Shown here piece by piece: positions 12,578 through 26,240 of a stretch of 64,000 bases of DNA. Origin of the DNA: Vicugna vicugna (Eukaryota); assembly GCA_013265495.1 (NCBI GenBank), contig MU058213.1:4154001-4218000 (forward strand), in the 5' to 3' direction. A program made the position numbers and the translations under genes. Positions within the stretch are counted from its first letter, which is position 1. Each line of letters begins with the position of its first letter. The notes beneath the pieces were generated by a model, which made no database searches, was not told the origin of the DNA, and saw only the letters and a list, made by a program, of their open reading frames with translations.

Positions 12578-13534
12578 AGGGGGCAGTGGTGGATTAGTGA
12601 GAAGTATTAGAATCAGGGCATATTTTGAGGTAGAAATGACAGAACTGATGAGGAATTGGATATGGGATTAAAGAGAAGAATTTAAAGTTCAGAAAAGAAT
12701 ATTTCCCCACTAAGCTGTTTCTCAGTCTTCCCAGTCTCAGAAACCTATACCATCATATACCCAGTCTCCAAAACAAAAAATAGGCCACAGCCTTTATTCA
12801 TTGGATTCTTCATCCAGGTCATCATAATGTTTTATTCCAGCTTTTGTGACATCTGAGGGCTTGCCTAGAATTATAAATATCCATGTACACCTCATCATAC
12901 CTAATCAAAAGACAGACTGAAACAGAGCCAAATCCAGACATCACTGCTAATTTTAAAATTTTCAGTGAACTTCATAAGAACTGTGCCTGAGAAAGAAACC
13001 AGATTCTGTATCAAGATTAGGCAGCCTGGCTCCTGGACCATTGCCAAGACAGTGTCAGGAAGTGTGGGGAGGTACAACAACCCAGGTTGTGCAATGTCTG
13101 TTGGAAAATGAGACACTGTTAGGCAGGCTGAAACATGGGAGCTAAAGCATGCTCCGGAGATCTCAGGAAAGCAGAAAAGTCACCACCAGATACTGAGGGC
13201 TGAGGCTCAGAAAACTTCTATTTCCTTTTATTTAAGACGACTAACAATAAAGACAATCTCTAGGAAAGAGAAGGATTTCTCCATATATTAGCCATGTGAC
13301 CTAGGATAATGTTGCTTACCAATCTAAGCTTCAGTTTGCTCTTCTATCAGAAACAGAGAAACCATTACCTACCTTGCAAGATTGTATTAAATTGTGTGTA
13401 GGCCTTTAGAACATAGCATGTATTCATATTCATTTTATTTTTCTTCTCTTCCCTTCCACTTTTCCCATGTGGGTAGCATTGTAGAGTAGATTAACTATAA
13501 CTACATGTAATTTAGTTACTCTCAGTTAATAACT

Positions 13535-14940
13535 GTTCATCTTCAGTAAATGGTGTGGGAGAAAACTGGACAGCCAAACACAAAAGAATGAATCTGAAAT
13601 ACTGTCTTACACCATACAAAAAATTAACTCAAAATGGACTTAAAGACTTGAATGTAAGACCTGAAAACATAAAATCCTAGAAGAAAACAGGCAGAAAGCT
13701 CCTTGATATTTTCTTGATGATAATTTTTTGGATTTGACAGAAAAGCAAAGGCAACAAAAACAAAAATAAACAAGCAAGGCTATATCAAACTAAAAAGCTT
13801 CTGCACAGCAAAAGAAACCACCAACAAAATGAAAAGGCAGCCAAAAAATGGGAGAAAACTGTTGCAAATTACATATCTGACAAGGGTTTAATATCCAAAA
13901 TATATAAAGAACTCATACAACTTGACAGCAGAAAAACAAACAATCTGATTTAATTCACAGGCAGAAGATCTGAATAGACATTTTCCCAAAGAAGATATAT
14001 GGATGGTACAGGTACAAGAAAATGTGTTCAACATCACTAATCATCAGGGAAATGCAAATGAGATATCACAATGATATCATCTCACACCTGCCAAAATGGC
14101 TATGGTCAAAAAGATGAGAATGAATAAGTGTGGGAAAGGATATGAAGAAAAGAGAACCCTTGTGCACTGTTGGTGGGAATGTAAAATATGGAAAATAGTA
14201 TGGAGGCTCCTCAAAAAATTAAACATGGAACTAACATATGATTGAGCAATTCCACCTCTGGGTATTTATCTAAAGAAAATGAAAACATTAATTTGAAAAG
14301 ATATAAGCAGCACCCCTATGTTCACAGCAGCATTATTTATAGTAGCAACACATGGAAACAATTTAAGTGTCCATCAATAGATGAATGGATTTTTAAAATG
14401 TGATGTATATACACATTTGGAATACTAGTCAGCCATAAAAAAGAAGTAAATCCTGACATTTGTGACAATGTGGAGGGTCCTTGAGGGCCTTGTGCGAAGT
14501 GAAGTAAGTCAGACAGAGAATAATCAATACTTTATAATCTCACTTATACATGGAATCTAAAACAAAAACAAAAAGACAAAAAAATGAGCTCATAGACACA
14601 GAGAACAGATTGGTGGTTGCCTGAGGTGGGAACTGGGGGGGAGGTGGGAGAAATGGGTAAGGGGGTCAAAAGGTACAAATTTCTAGTAATAAAATGAATG
14701 CCATGGAGAGGTAATGTTCAGCATGGTGACTATAGTTGACGATACTGTATTGCATATTTGAAAGTAACTAGGAGAGTAGATCTTGAAAGTTCTCATCATA
14801 AGAAAAAAATTTTGTAACTATGTATGGTGACAGATACTAACTGGACTTATTGTAATCAGCCTGCAACATATACAAGTATCAAATTATTATGTTATACACC
14901 TGAAACTTATACAATATTACATCAATTATACTTCAATAAT
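13535..14940 (+). mobile_element. L1MA9-like 3' portion (ORF2 end plus 3'UTR)
   Basis: Continuous sense L1 from tcttcagtaaatggtgtggga to tatacacctgaaacttatacaatatta...cttcaataa. Confidence 0.9.
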
Positions 14941-15360
14941 TTTTTTTAATTTATAAATATACAGTCTAATAATTTTTAGTATTCACAGAGTGGCGCCATC
15001 GCCACAATAAATAATGGAGCATTTTCATTGCTTCAAAAAAAAACCTTGTATCATCTACCAGACCCTCCCAACCTGCTCCCCACTGGTTAGCCTTAGGTAA
15101 ACATTTATCTACCTCTGTCTCAATGGATTTGCCTATTCTGACTTTCTGTATAAATGGAAGCATACAATATGTGGTCACTTGTAACTGGCTTCTTCCACTT
15201 AACAAAATGCTTTCAAGGTTCATCCATGTTATACCATGTGTCAATACTTCACTTCTTTTTATTGCCAAACGACATTCCACTGTGTGGCTATACCGCATTT
15301 TATTTATCCATTCCATCAGTTGATAGACATTTGGGTTGTTCCAGTTTGGGACTATTATAA
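14941..15360 (-). mobile_element. L1MB-like 3'UTR fragment
   Basis: atggatttgcctattctgac...caaggttcatccatgtt...gttgatagacatttgggttgttcc. Confidence 0.85.
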
Positions 15361-17954
15361 TTTCTTTTTTTCTTAAGATTAGTACAAAAATGTGAAATGA
15401 CTAAAAGACAGGTAAGAAGAAAAAAGTATTGAATCCTGGAAAACTTCTCAATTAGGTGAATGATGACTGAATAAATGAGTTCTCAGAGGCATGATTCCTA
15501 TTAACTAATCATTCCAAAGCCATTACCTTTAATGAAATGCCTTTTGAAATATCTTCTTATTGCAAGCATTTGTGTCTAAGTGCTTCTGTTTATGGGACAA
15601 GAAATTGAAATGACTGTCTTGGCAGCATAACCCCGGTTGTTTAAGCCAAGGGATTAAGAGTACTTTTGAGAAGAAGTAACAATGTGTTCTCTGTGGCTTT
15701 GGAAATGATGGTAAATTTATACATAATGTATGGATGATCATATTATACCCTTAAGAGAGTGTCAATCAAAACAGCATTTCTGTCAGGAAATAGTTTCCAA
15801 TTCACAAAATGTATTTTTTATATTAGAATCCTTGCTGGGCTTAGATCATATTGAATGTCCATGTTTCCCTGTCAACTTATTTTTAAAAATCCATTTCTAA
15901 AAATGAAGTGATTGATCATTCTGACTTTGAGCAACAACTCTCCATGCCGGCCTGGTACAGGAAAGCTTAAATCTAATCCTAACATCACTCTTTATATAAC
16001 ATAAGTGCTGTTGATATTGCAAAATCCCCAGGTGGTACTCTTTTTAATTACTCTTAAACTAGCTGGTATGGCCAGTATTGCTTTACAGGATATAAAAAGA
16101 ACAGTAGCTAAGCTTGCACAGAGCAGAGGTATGCTCCAGAAAGAATAATAAAGTCAACGGACTTAGTGTGGAATGCAAGGCTTAAAAATTCCATAAAATC
16201 AGGAAGGAAAGCAAGAATTTACTTATAAGCATTTTAAAAGATCTTGCCTTCTCACCAGGAAGTGCTCATCTACTAAACTTTACGTTTGGTTTGCCTACAG
16301 GTATGTTTATATAATTTTAAGTATTAATAAAATATGGGTAACGACTTGCATTCTTTCTACACAAGTCCAGCTGGATCAAATTGTTAAGTGGGCAATGTTT
16401 ATCTTGGTGTTCTATGTTTATCTTGGGTGTTCCTTAATTTCCATTTCCTCTGTTTCCTTTCCCAGTGTTCCTTCCTCTAGAAACAATATTTTATTAATGT
16501 GATTTACACAAAGATGTTAATGGCACTTTACTTATTTTCAAAGAAATATAGGCATTTATAAAGAGGCCATAGTAACACAAAGGAACAAATTCTTACTGAT
16601 GAAATTTCACATATGCATATAGATCAGAGGCATATTTCAGGGCCTTCCTGAATCCACACTATTTTTCCACAGTAAAGCAGGCCCTGTAATAGACCCACAG
16701 ACATAATAATTGACTTGCAGAACTGCATAATGAATATGTTTAGCTGAAGGAAGGGGAGTTCTTAGATCACAATCTCAATATCAGCCAGGAACGGCTGTTT
16801 TCCTTCAAATCTGAAAATTGCGGGAATGACTGGATGATAGAAAAGACATTAATGGTTCTGACCATAGAATCAGAGGATATAAAGAGCATACAACATACAC
16901 AAGCAGAAATAAGCCAGTTCAGACCTCCTTCTGTGAGTGGTGCTGCTTCCGGTTCTGCCTTCTCATCATAATCAGCTGGGTTTCCTTGGTTCAAATATCC
17001 ATGATAATAGCTGAGAGCGTTCTGTAACTTGGAGGTTTACAAAAAAATTAAAGCACTTACTTGAGGATGACTTATCCTAAACTATGGAAGAGAAATTAGA
17101 CACAGATTTTGAAATACAGTATGAAAATAATGGAATAAAATTGGCATTTTCTTCTTCTCCTTTAGGAGATCATAGTAAAGAAGAACAAGAAAGAGAAATG
17201 CAAGCTAGGATGCATATGAAATCCTAAACCACGAATAGATAGGAGGGCTGCCAAAAGCAGTGAAGATCAAACAGGATGTGGGAGGAAGCAGAAGGGGATG
17301 CCTGTGAATGCAAACCCCCAAGAGAGCTGGCACTACCCCAAGACAGGAGCCTGCCCAAGATACAGAGCTAAAATCCTCATGTGTCCTAACCAGGACAAGG
17401 TATGTGGGATAGTGACAGAAACATCCATGCACTGGCTTGATTCCAAGAAGCAGAGCTAACAGGGCTCAAAAAGGACTCATATGATGAACCGTAATTTAAG
17501 CAACAGTCTGATGGTGAAGCAGAGGATTAGAAAAAAATTCTGAATGCTGTGAGTCTTACAAGCTGCCTATTTCTGTTGGCCAGGGAGAGGTAACAGTTAA
17601 ATGGACTCTCACACTTAACTGAGGGCTGAAGGGAGAATGCTGCTAGCCTGGGACACAGCTTTAGCATCCCTAACATTTGAACCATGCAAATAGCTGGTCA
17701 AGGAGAAGCCCACTTACCCAAGATATCAAAAATAAGCCATCCAGGATCTATATAAAAGCATTACAAGAAAAGAGGATAAAAGGAATAAGAAAACAAGTGC
17801 AGATAAACACTAATCAAAGAAGTATTTTCATGAAACAGATGAAAATTTTGACCAAATGTTTGCCATGGATTTTAACAGTTAATGAAGCAATTCACCTATA
17901 AAACAAGAAATATATTTATATATAATACTATGTTTAAAAGCCTTAAAAAGAAAG

Positions 17955-20900
17955 GGAGAGAAAAATCAATTATACCAAAAGCTGGTTCTTTGAAAAGAAC
18001 AATAAAATTGATAATCCCCTAGCCAGGCTAACTAAAAAAGAGACAGGACACAAATTGCTAATTTCCGAAGTAAAAGAGGGGACATCATTATAGACCCCAT
18101 GGACTCTTAAAAAGATAATAAAGGAATACTTTGAGAAACTCTATGCCCACAAATGTGATAACCTAAGTGGAAAGAACCAATTTCTTGAAAGACACAATCT
18201 GCAAAAACTCACACAAAAGAAACAGATGATCGGAAATGGCCTATGTTTACTAAAGAAGTTGAATCAATAATTAATAACTTTCTAAAACAGAAAGTACCAG
18301 GCCCAGATGGGTTAACTGGTGAAATATCCCAAATATGTAAGCAAGATATTATACCAATTCTCTACAATCTCTTTCAGAGAATAGAAGCAGCAGGAATACC
18401 TCCTCACTCACTCTATGAGGCCAGCATTACTCTAATCAAAACCGGACAAAGTCATTACAAGAAAATAAAATTATAAACCAATATCTCTTATGACTATAGA
18501 GCAAGAATCTGCAACAAAATATTAGCAAACAAATCCAACAATCTACAAAAAGTATTATACACAATCACCAAGTAGGATTTATCCTAGGTATGTAAGGCTG
18601 CTACAGCTTTTGAAAGTCAATTAATGTAACATCATATCAACAGGCTAAAAAAGAAAGATCACAGGATCGTATCAATAGATGCAGAAAAAGCATCTGACAA
18701 AATCCAACACTCATTCATTATAAAAACTCAGTAAGAGAGGAATAGAATGGAAATTCCTCAACAAGGTAAAGAATATCTACCAAAAAACCCTACAGCTAAT
18801 ATACTTAATGGTAAGAAACTAGGAGTTTTCCCACTAAGATCAGGAACAAGGCAAAGGGGTCCCCTCTCACCACCTCTTTTCAACATCATACTGGAATCCT
18901 AGTTAATGCAATAAGATAAAAAATAAAATAAAAGTATACAGACTAGGAAGGAAGAAATAAAACTGTCTTTGTTTGCAGGTGATGTGATTGCCTATGTAGA
19001 AAATCCAACAGAATTGATAAAAAAAAAAAAACTTCTGGAACTAAGGAACAATTACAGCAAAGTTACAGGATACAAGATTAATATACAAAAGTCAATTTGT
19101 TTTCCTAGATAGCAGCAATGAATAAGTGGAATTTGAAATTAAAAACACAATATCATTTACATTAGCACTCCAAAAAACAAAATACTTAGGAATAAATCTA
19201 ACAAAAGATGTTTAAGATCTTTATGAGGCAAACTATAGGACTCTGATGAACAAAATCAAAGAAAAACTAAATAAATAGAGAAATAGTCAAGTTCAATATT
19301 GAGGGAGATTCAATATCATCAAGCTATCAGTTCATTCCAACTTGATAAATGACCCAATGAAACCCCAATCAAAATCTCACCAAGTCATTTTTTGGATATC
19401 AAAAAACTAATCCTAATATTTATATAAAGAGACAAAAGACTCAGAATAGCCAACACAATATTAAAGGAGACAAATAAAGTTGGAAGACTGACACTAACAG
19501 ATTTCAAAAATTACAGTAATCAGGACAGTGTGCTAATGGTGAAAGAATTGACAAATAGATCAATGGAACAGAATAGAGAGCCCAGTAGTAGGCACACATA
19601 AATATACTTGACTGATCTTTGACAAAGGAACAAAGGCAATACAATGGAGAATAGTCTTTTCAACAAATGGTGCTGGGACAACTGGAAATCCACATGCAAA
19701 ATCATAAATCTAGACACAGAAATTAACACATATTAATTCAAAATGGATCATAACCTAGATATAAAATGCAAAATTATGAAATGTATATGAAAGGAGCAAA
19801 CCTAGATGAACTTGGGCATGATGATGACTTTTTAGATACAATACCAAAGGCACAATTTATGAAAGAAATAACTGATAAGCTGAATTTCATTAAAATTTAA
19901 AACATCTGCTCTATGAAAACAACATCAAGAGAATGAAAAGACAAGCCATAGCTGAGAGAAAAATATTTGCAAAAGACATATCTGATAAAAGAATGTTACA
20001 CAAGTTATACAAATGATGCTTAAAATTCAACAGTGAGAAAATAACCTGAAAACAATTTGATTTTAAAATGGGCCAAAGACCTTAACAGAGACATCACCAA
20101 AGAAGATATACAGATGGCAAGTAAGCATATGAAAGGATTCTCTACATCATATGTCATCAGTGAAATTAAAACAACAAGATACCACTACAAACCTATTATA
20201 ATGGTCAGAATCCAGAACACTGACACAAGCGAAGACAAGGATGCAGAGCAACAGGAATTCTCATTTATTTCTCGTGGGAATGCAAAATGGTATAGCTACC
20301 CTGGAAGACAGTTTGGCAGGTTCTTATAAAACTACACATACTCTTACCATACAATCCAGCAATCATGTTCCTTGGTATTTACCCAAATAAGATGAAAACT
20401 TATGTCCACACAAAAACCTGCACAAGGATGTTTTTAGCAGCTTTATTCATAATTGCCAGAACTTGGAAGCAACAAGATGTATTTCAGTAGGTGAACGGAA
20501 TATTATTCAATGCTAAAAAGTAATGAGCTATCAAGCCATAAAAGGACATGGAGGAAACTTAAATGCATATTACCAAGTAAAAGAAGCCAATCTGAAAAGG
20601 CTACATATTGTATAATTCCAAGTATATGACATTCTGAACAATGGAGACAGTAAAAAAGATCTGTGATTGCCAGGGATTAGGGCGGGGAGAGGATGAATAA
20701 GCAGAGCACAGAAGATGTTTAAGTCAGTGGAAATACCCTGTATGATACCATAATGATGGATACATGTTATTATGCCTTTGTCTAAACCCCTAGAATGTAC
20801 ACCACCAAAAGTGAACCCAAAAATGTAAACCAGTGATTATGATGTGTCAATGTAGGTTCATCAACTGTAACAAATATACCACTGGTGGGGGATGTTGATA

Positions 20901-21012
20901 ATGGGGGAGGCTATGCATGTGTCAGGACAGAGGAATATATGGGAAATCTCTGTACCTTCCTTTTAACTTTGCTGTGAACTGAAAACTGCTCTAAAGAAAA
21001 AGTTCTTAAAAA
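17955..21012 (+). mobile_element. L1MC1-like element: decayed ORF2 (RT region) through 3'UTR
   Basis: ORF 18243..18476 (KVPGPDGLTGE...IIPILYNLFQ...LYEASITLI); gatgcagaaaaagcatctgacaaaatcc; tttgcaggtgatgtgatt (degenerate FADD); L1MC 3' end at ~21010. Confidence 0.92.
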
Positions 21013-21014
21013 AT

Positions 21015-21380
21015 AAAGGAAGAGATTCTGACACATGCTGTAACATAGATGAACCTTGAAGACATTACAATAAGTGAAACAAGCCAGTCACAAAAAGACA
21101 AATACTGTATAATTTCACTTACATGAGGTACCTAGAGTAGTCAAATTCATAGAGATAGAAAGTAGATTGGCAGTTGCCAGGGACTGGGGTTGAGGGTTAT
21201 GAGTGCGGAGTTAGTATTCAATGAGTACAGAGTTTCAGTTGGGGAAGACAAACAAGTTCTGCACACGGATGGTGCTGCTGGTTGCACAGCAATATGAATG
21301 CACATAATGCACAGAACCATTCACTTGAAAGTGGTTAAAATGGTAAATTTTATGTTTTATATATATGTATTTTTTTTAAT
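21015..21380 (+). mobile_element. L1MB-like 3' end
   Basis: gatgaaccttgaagacatta...gtcaaattcatagagatagaaagtag...gttaaaatggtaaattttatg. Confidence 0.85.
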
Positions 21381-21384
21381 TAAC

Positions 21385-22090
21385 AAAGAGCAAAAGGCAG
21401 AGATACAAGATTTGAAGATAGAGACAACAAAAGGAATAAAACATGAGCTGTAAGATATCCAGGGGGAATAGAGGCTTTAAAAATATCAGAAATGGAGTAA
21501 GAATCGGAAGTAGCCCAGGAGAGACCAGATACTGATGAGAAGGCCGAAAGGAATGTTGAGGTTAGATATGAAAAAAGCAAGCAAAATAAATGAAAATAAA
21601 TAATATTTTAAATGATTAGAAACAAAATGTTATCTAGAGGAGACAGGCAAGTGAGATCCAACATACACTTATCTTATATCCCTATATAATGGATCTGAAC
21701 AAATATTTGAAATATAGTTGAAGAAACGTTTATTTTTTTGAAAGGGCATTTCAGGGCACAGCAAAAATTGACACATAATGGTCAATACAGACCTATCGTG
21801 ATACAATTGCTGAACTGTGAAGATAAAAGAAATAAACCTTTGGACAATCAGGCAAAAATAATGAGTCATCTGTGAAGGGTAAAAACAAAACAGGCTGACA
21901 TCAGACTTCTCTACAACAACAGGCAATTCCAGAAGGCTGGAGAAATGCCTCTAAAATTATCAAGGAAAGAAATTGTGGCCCAAGAAATTTATATCATTCA
22001 AACACATGTCAATGTGTTACGAGAGAACACATAGAAAATAGAAAAACCACTATGAAAAGAATTGTAAAAAAAAATTAAAATAAAATAAAT
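21385..22090 (+). mobile_element. Old L1 ORF1-like fragment
   Basis: A-rich; ggctgacatcagacttctctacaacaac...caagaaatttatatc resembles the ORF1 C-terminal coding region. Confidence 0.6.
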
Positions 22091-22779
22091 AATCAAGTAT
22101 ATATCAACAAAAGCTATTGCCGTTCTGAAAGGCCCAGCTGGCAACTTGCCCCGCTTGGGCTGCTCACATGCTGATGTGTTAGGGCTGTCCTTTGGGGCAG
22201 AGGCTGCCCCCATCTACCACTTCTCACTTCTGCCAGGAAGGAGAACACGTTTCTAGGTGGCACTTATGGAAATGAATGAATTATGATAATAGAAAATAAG
22301 GAAATGGAGTGGAAAGGAGACATTTGTAAAGTTTTGGGGTGTCAAAGCACTTTTCCAAAGATTTCTAGATTTTTTGGTTTATGAGGACGGGACAGGTATC
22401 CCACTTTCCCCATTTCTAGTATGTATTACATAAAGCTTCAAAGCTCACCCCCATCTTTGTTTTCAGTAGGGCTCAGTCATTTACTGGGCATCATTTGCAG
22501 GATACAAGATGAAGTGTCGTGGCTGAACTAGCTGCACAAAGAGAGCTCAAGCCTCTTCCTACATGTAAATATCTCTCCCTCCAGTCGCAGTACTGCAAAA
22601 AGTATCCTCACTGAATCACGTGAACAAACTTCAAAAAGAACTTCAATCACTCACCTGGGCACATGCTAGAGGCGCATTTGTCCAAACTGAATGCTCACCA
22701 ACTGAATATTCTTTCATTATGGACAGCAATGCCAGATTCATTTTTGGCCTAAAGCAAATTGAATAAAAAGAAAAATAAA

Positions 22780-23545
22780 ATTGAAAAAACTCTACAGATA
22801 AACCAATAGATAAATGAGCAAAGAATTTGAACAGTTTATGTAAAAGGAAATAAACATACAAAAAGATGTTTAATCTCTTCATAATGAGAAAGGCAAATTA
22901 AAATTTAAAAGAAGTATCATGATTAACCCATCAAACTGGAAAAGATCAGAAAGCTTGGTAACCCTCTGCATTAATGAGAATGTGTTAAAGAGGCATTTTC
23001 ATAAATTGCCGATAGGAAGATAAATTAGTACAACCTCTACATAGGGTCATTTAGCAACATTTATCAAAGTTACAAGCACACATACTCTGAAAATCAATAA
23101 TTCCTCCTCTAGGAATTTATCCTATTGATTACTTACTCATGTACAAAATGACACACAAGTCATTACGTTATTATTTGTGATAGCAAAAGACTGGAAACAA
23201 CCTAAATGTCCACCAATGTGGAGTTGATCAAATAATTTACAATGCATCCATTCAATGGAATACTATGCTGCTGAAGAAAGATGGGTAAAATTATCGATAC
23301 AGAATTAGTTCAAAGATATAGTTTAATTTAAAAAAAATAAGCTTTAGAGTATACAGGAAATTATCATTTGTATAAAAACTGTGTGTACATCTGCTCATAT
23401 ATGCACTAAAGGATGCATAAAATATTGGTAATATGAGTCGCCTCTGAGGAGGGGAACTAGGTGACTGGATAAGAATTTAAAAGACCTTATTATTGTCTAC
23501 TCTTATACTTAAAAAATTTGAAAACGTGAATTCATTACCTAGAAA
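22780..23545 (+). mobile_element. L1ME-like 3' fragment
   Basis: tagcaaaagactggaaacaacctaaatgtcc; ctctaggaatttatcc. Confidence 0.75.
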
Positions 23546-24099
23546 GAAAGCGAGAGAGTAAAGCAATGTATAATTCTGTTGTTTAGGACTATTATCTTTT
23601 CAGAGGAATCCGTGAATCCTCTTAAGCCAGGAGTGGCTAAGCGAAGTGTCCTAGACCACCTCTTCTTTTAGCAACCCAGTTTTGGATTATTTACCACCGC
23701 CTTCTGAGTCTTACCATATTTAAATTACCATGATAGCCTGAGTCAGAAAACTGTTTCCTTGTAGCAAGGCTTTTAAGATTTCAAATAACTCTTTTGCTTA
23801 TTCACATGTAAACGCTCAAAAATTCATACTTGAAACAAAAGCCTTCATAAAGTTCTAACAATATCTGCTTTTTAATTACGTTGCACTTAATGAGGTTTCT
23901 TTCTGTTTGTTTCAGAGTCTTCCACATTAAGAATACTTCTCTTCTCTGGGATAAGCCATATTTTAATTCTTTTATTAACAAAGAGACAGAAATCCAGGAC
24001 TCTAAAAAACAGGAACTGGTCAAAAGTGATTAATATGCCCTTTTATTTTCTATGAAGTCCAATGTCCAAACAATAATTATATTTAGCCATACTCTTTTC

Positions 24100-25934
24100 A
24101 GCTTTTTGCTGAAAGGTGGGAAATTTCAACTGTCCAAGCACTTCGGGCCCTGCATTTATGTGGCTTGCGCATGGCTGGAAGCGGACTACGGTGAGGGGGG
24201 GGGGGGATCAGAAACCTACAGGTAATCCCGGTAGGATATTTCTAGGTTATTGCTCTGGCAAGTTGGAGGGATATCCTGACCCCTTACACTTTAAAAAAAT
24301 ATAATCTTTCATGAGGTAGAGGTTGTAGCCTTCTAATGAAATTTACTTAAAATCTCCTGATGCCCTGTTAAGCCTCCACCAATGGCAAAGTCTCATTAGA
24401 CTGCCCACGCTAAAGCCTATTTGATATTAAAACAGAAGAAAAGGTCTCTGCCTGAGTAGATTAAGCAGACAGAATCATGCAGGCCAGACTTCTGAACAAG
24501 GGGGCTCTAAGCATGGAATTTGCATATATTATTCATCCTCTCTCCATGCAAACAAGCAGATACTGCTCAGCGAACTTTGGCCTACGCTTAAAAACAATGG
24601 CTATAATACTATTATCCCCCTTTCCAGGGCGGCCGCCAGAAACATTTCAGGCTCCATTGGGGATTTTCACAGTAAGTAACTCGCTCTTACACAAGTCTTT
24701 CTAGTACCTTAGAGTGGCCAGAAAGGTGATGAAGCCTTCCCAAGGGTTTACCCAGGGATGAGAGGAACACCGTCCGCTCTCTCTCACCCCTCCTGAAAAT
24801 TTTAAGGTCAATTATGGACAATAATAAGTTATATTTTTTCATAAACAAAATGCAGACATGGACACGGAGGAGCAAAAGCACTAAATCAAGGTGGAAAACA
24901 ACATGACTCAAAGAACAGATGACCACATTGCAGAACACGAGGACACTGAGAACAAGTTTAATCACAAAATTCAAGATGGCTACAGTCAAGCCATAGAGGG
25001 TGCTTAACAGTGTTACAAAGGGTACAACATAGATTCCATCACTTCTTTACCATCTTTGATCCTTAATTAAATTTAACTTGACTGGAAATTATCAGTTGTT
25101 CTCTCAAGTTAAAATAATGTTTCATCAGGGAATAAAAAACAAAACAGCTAATTCATTTCACAGCTCAGATAATTGCATAAGTGCTGTTCCTCAAAACAGA
25201 AGGACATCTAGAGGTGGACAGTTCTCCAGTGAAATCTGTGCTCCTTCTGCCTTTTCACTTCTTGGTTTTTCTCTCTGTTAATGCACAGGAAGACAATGCA
25301 CGTTATCTCTAGCAACTATCACTGAACCTACTCTAAGGCCATACATGCACAACCAAAGTCCCTAAATTTTCTTGCTAAGGTGGACTTGAGATAATAGAAT
25401 TGCTTTAGATTACTAATTGGCTCAACAAGGAGGAATCTGTCCCGTAACAGATACCTCCTGCTGTATCTGGATCCACACCTCTGGTATTGCAGCAAACACA
25501 AGAAATTAACAAACAAGCCACCTGGCTAAGATAGATTGGTTTCCGTTTCAGGTACATTCTTTGATTTATTTGATACTAACCAGTGTGGTTCACTGAGGCT
25601 CTAGCTAAGGAGTATACTTGAGTCTCTCGGTATGATTCTCCTAACAGTTATCATTGTAGCCTCCCTAGTGCACTGTGTTTCTCTCAGAGGTCTTAAATGC
25701 ATGTTCACAGCCATCAGCAGTACGTCAGACGGTCTCACTTCATTTGGAGAAACAGAAACAAGATGAATAATGAGATGAACAGCAAAAACAATTCTCCCGC
25801 ATATCTGACATCATAACGTATGAGATTCACATTGAGATGAGAGCTACTTAACTCTGATGGTGACTGAACATCTCGCTAATATCACATTTATGTTCCATCT
25901 CTCATGTCTGAGAGGATGACATAAAGGGGGGAAT
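24100..25934 (+). mobile_element. ERV1 (gamma-like) internal remnant, heavily deleted; left boundary uncertain
   Basis: env TM remnant at ~25200-25700; polypurine tract aaagggggga at 25923-25932 just before an LTR starting TG. Confidence 0.7.
25200..25700 (+). pseudogene. Decayed retroviral env, transmembrane subunit
   Basis: From 25390 translates DNRIALDY*LAQQGGICPVTDTSCCIWIHTSG (ISD plus CX6CC); downstream frame LRSILESLGMILLTVIIVASLVHC is a membrane anchor; stops and frameshifts present. Confidence 0.85.
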
Positions 25935-26240
25935 TGCTTAATTAGTTAAACAAGAAGGCCATTGCACTGAAGTGGCTCTAATGCTGTGACAGCCTGTGTA
26001 AGCAAACCAAAATCTAAGCCTGTGAATGTCTCAACGTTACAAAATCAAAACACTAAGGACAGCCAATCACAAACAGCCACCTAGGCTTTATGCTAAGCCA
26101 ATCAATACTTTCCTTTACTTAGCTTCTGCTTTTTCTCTACAAAAGTCCTTCCCTGAGCTCCTGACAGTGGAGCGCTCCTAATCACTTTGTGTTTGGTGCT
26201 GCTCCATTTCATTTGATTTTTGCTCAAATAAATTTAAAAA
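25935..26240 (+). mobile_element. 3' LTR of the ERV1 remnant, U5 apparently truncated
   Basis: Begins TG after the PPT; two agccaatca (CCAAT) boxes; AATAAA at 26227-26232. Confidence 0.75.

Larger units (their letters stand above)
10735..12680 (-). mobile_element. Fragmented L2 hosting several nested insertions
   Basis: L2-like pieces at ~10735-11000, 11420-11590 (gggcaatgggaagcctttgaagag), 12030-12100 and 12580-12680. Confidence 0.65.

Noticed and set aside
16767..16994. 75-aa minus-strand ORF with a hydrophobic stretch
   Set aside because: Non-ATG start, weak splice context, no recognisable family
22100..22780. Possible processed pseudogene ending in aataaaaagaaaaataaaa
   Set aside because: No TSD or recognisable parent; the A-rich end is explained by the adjoining L1
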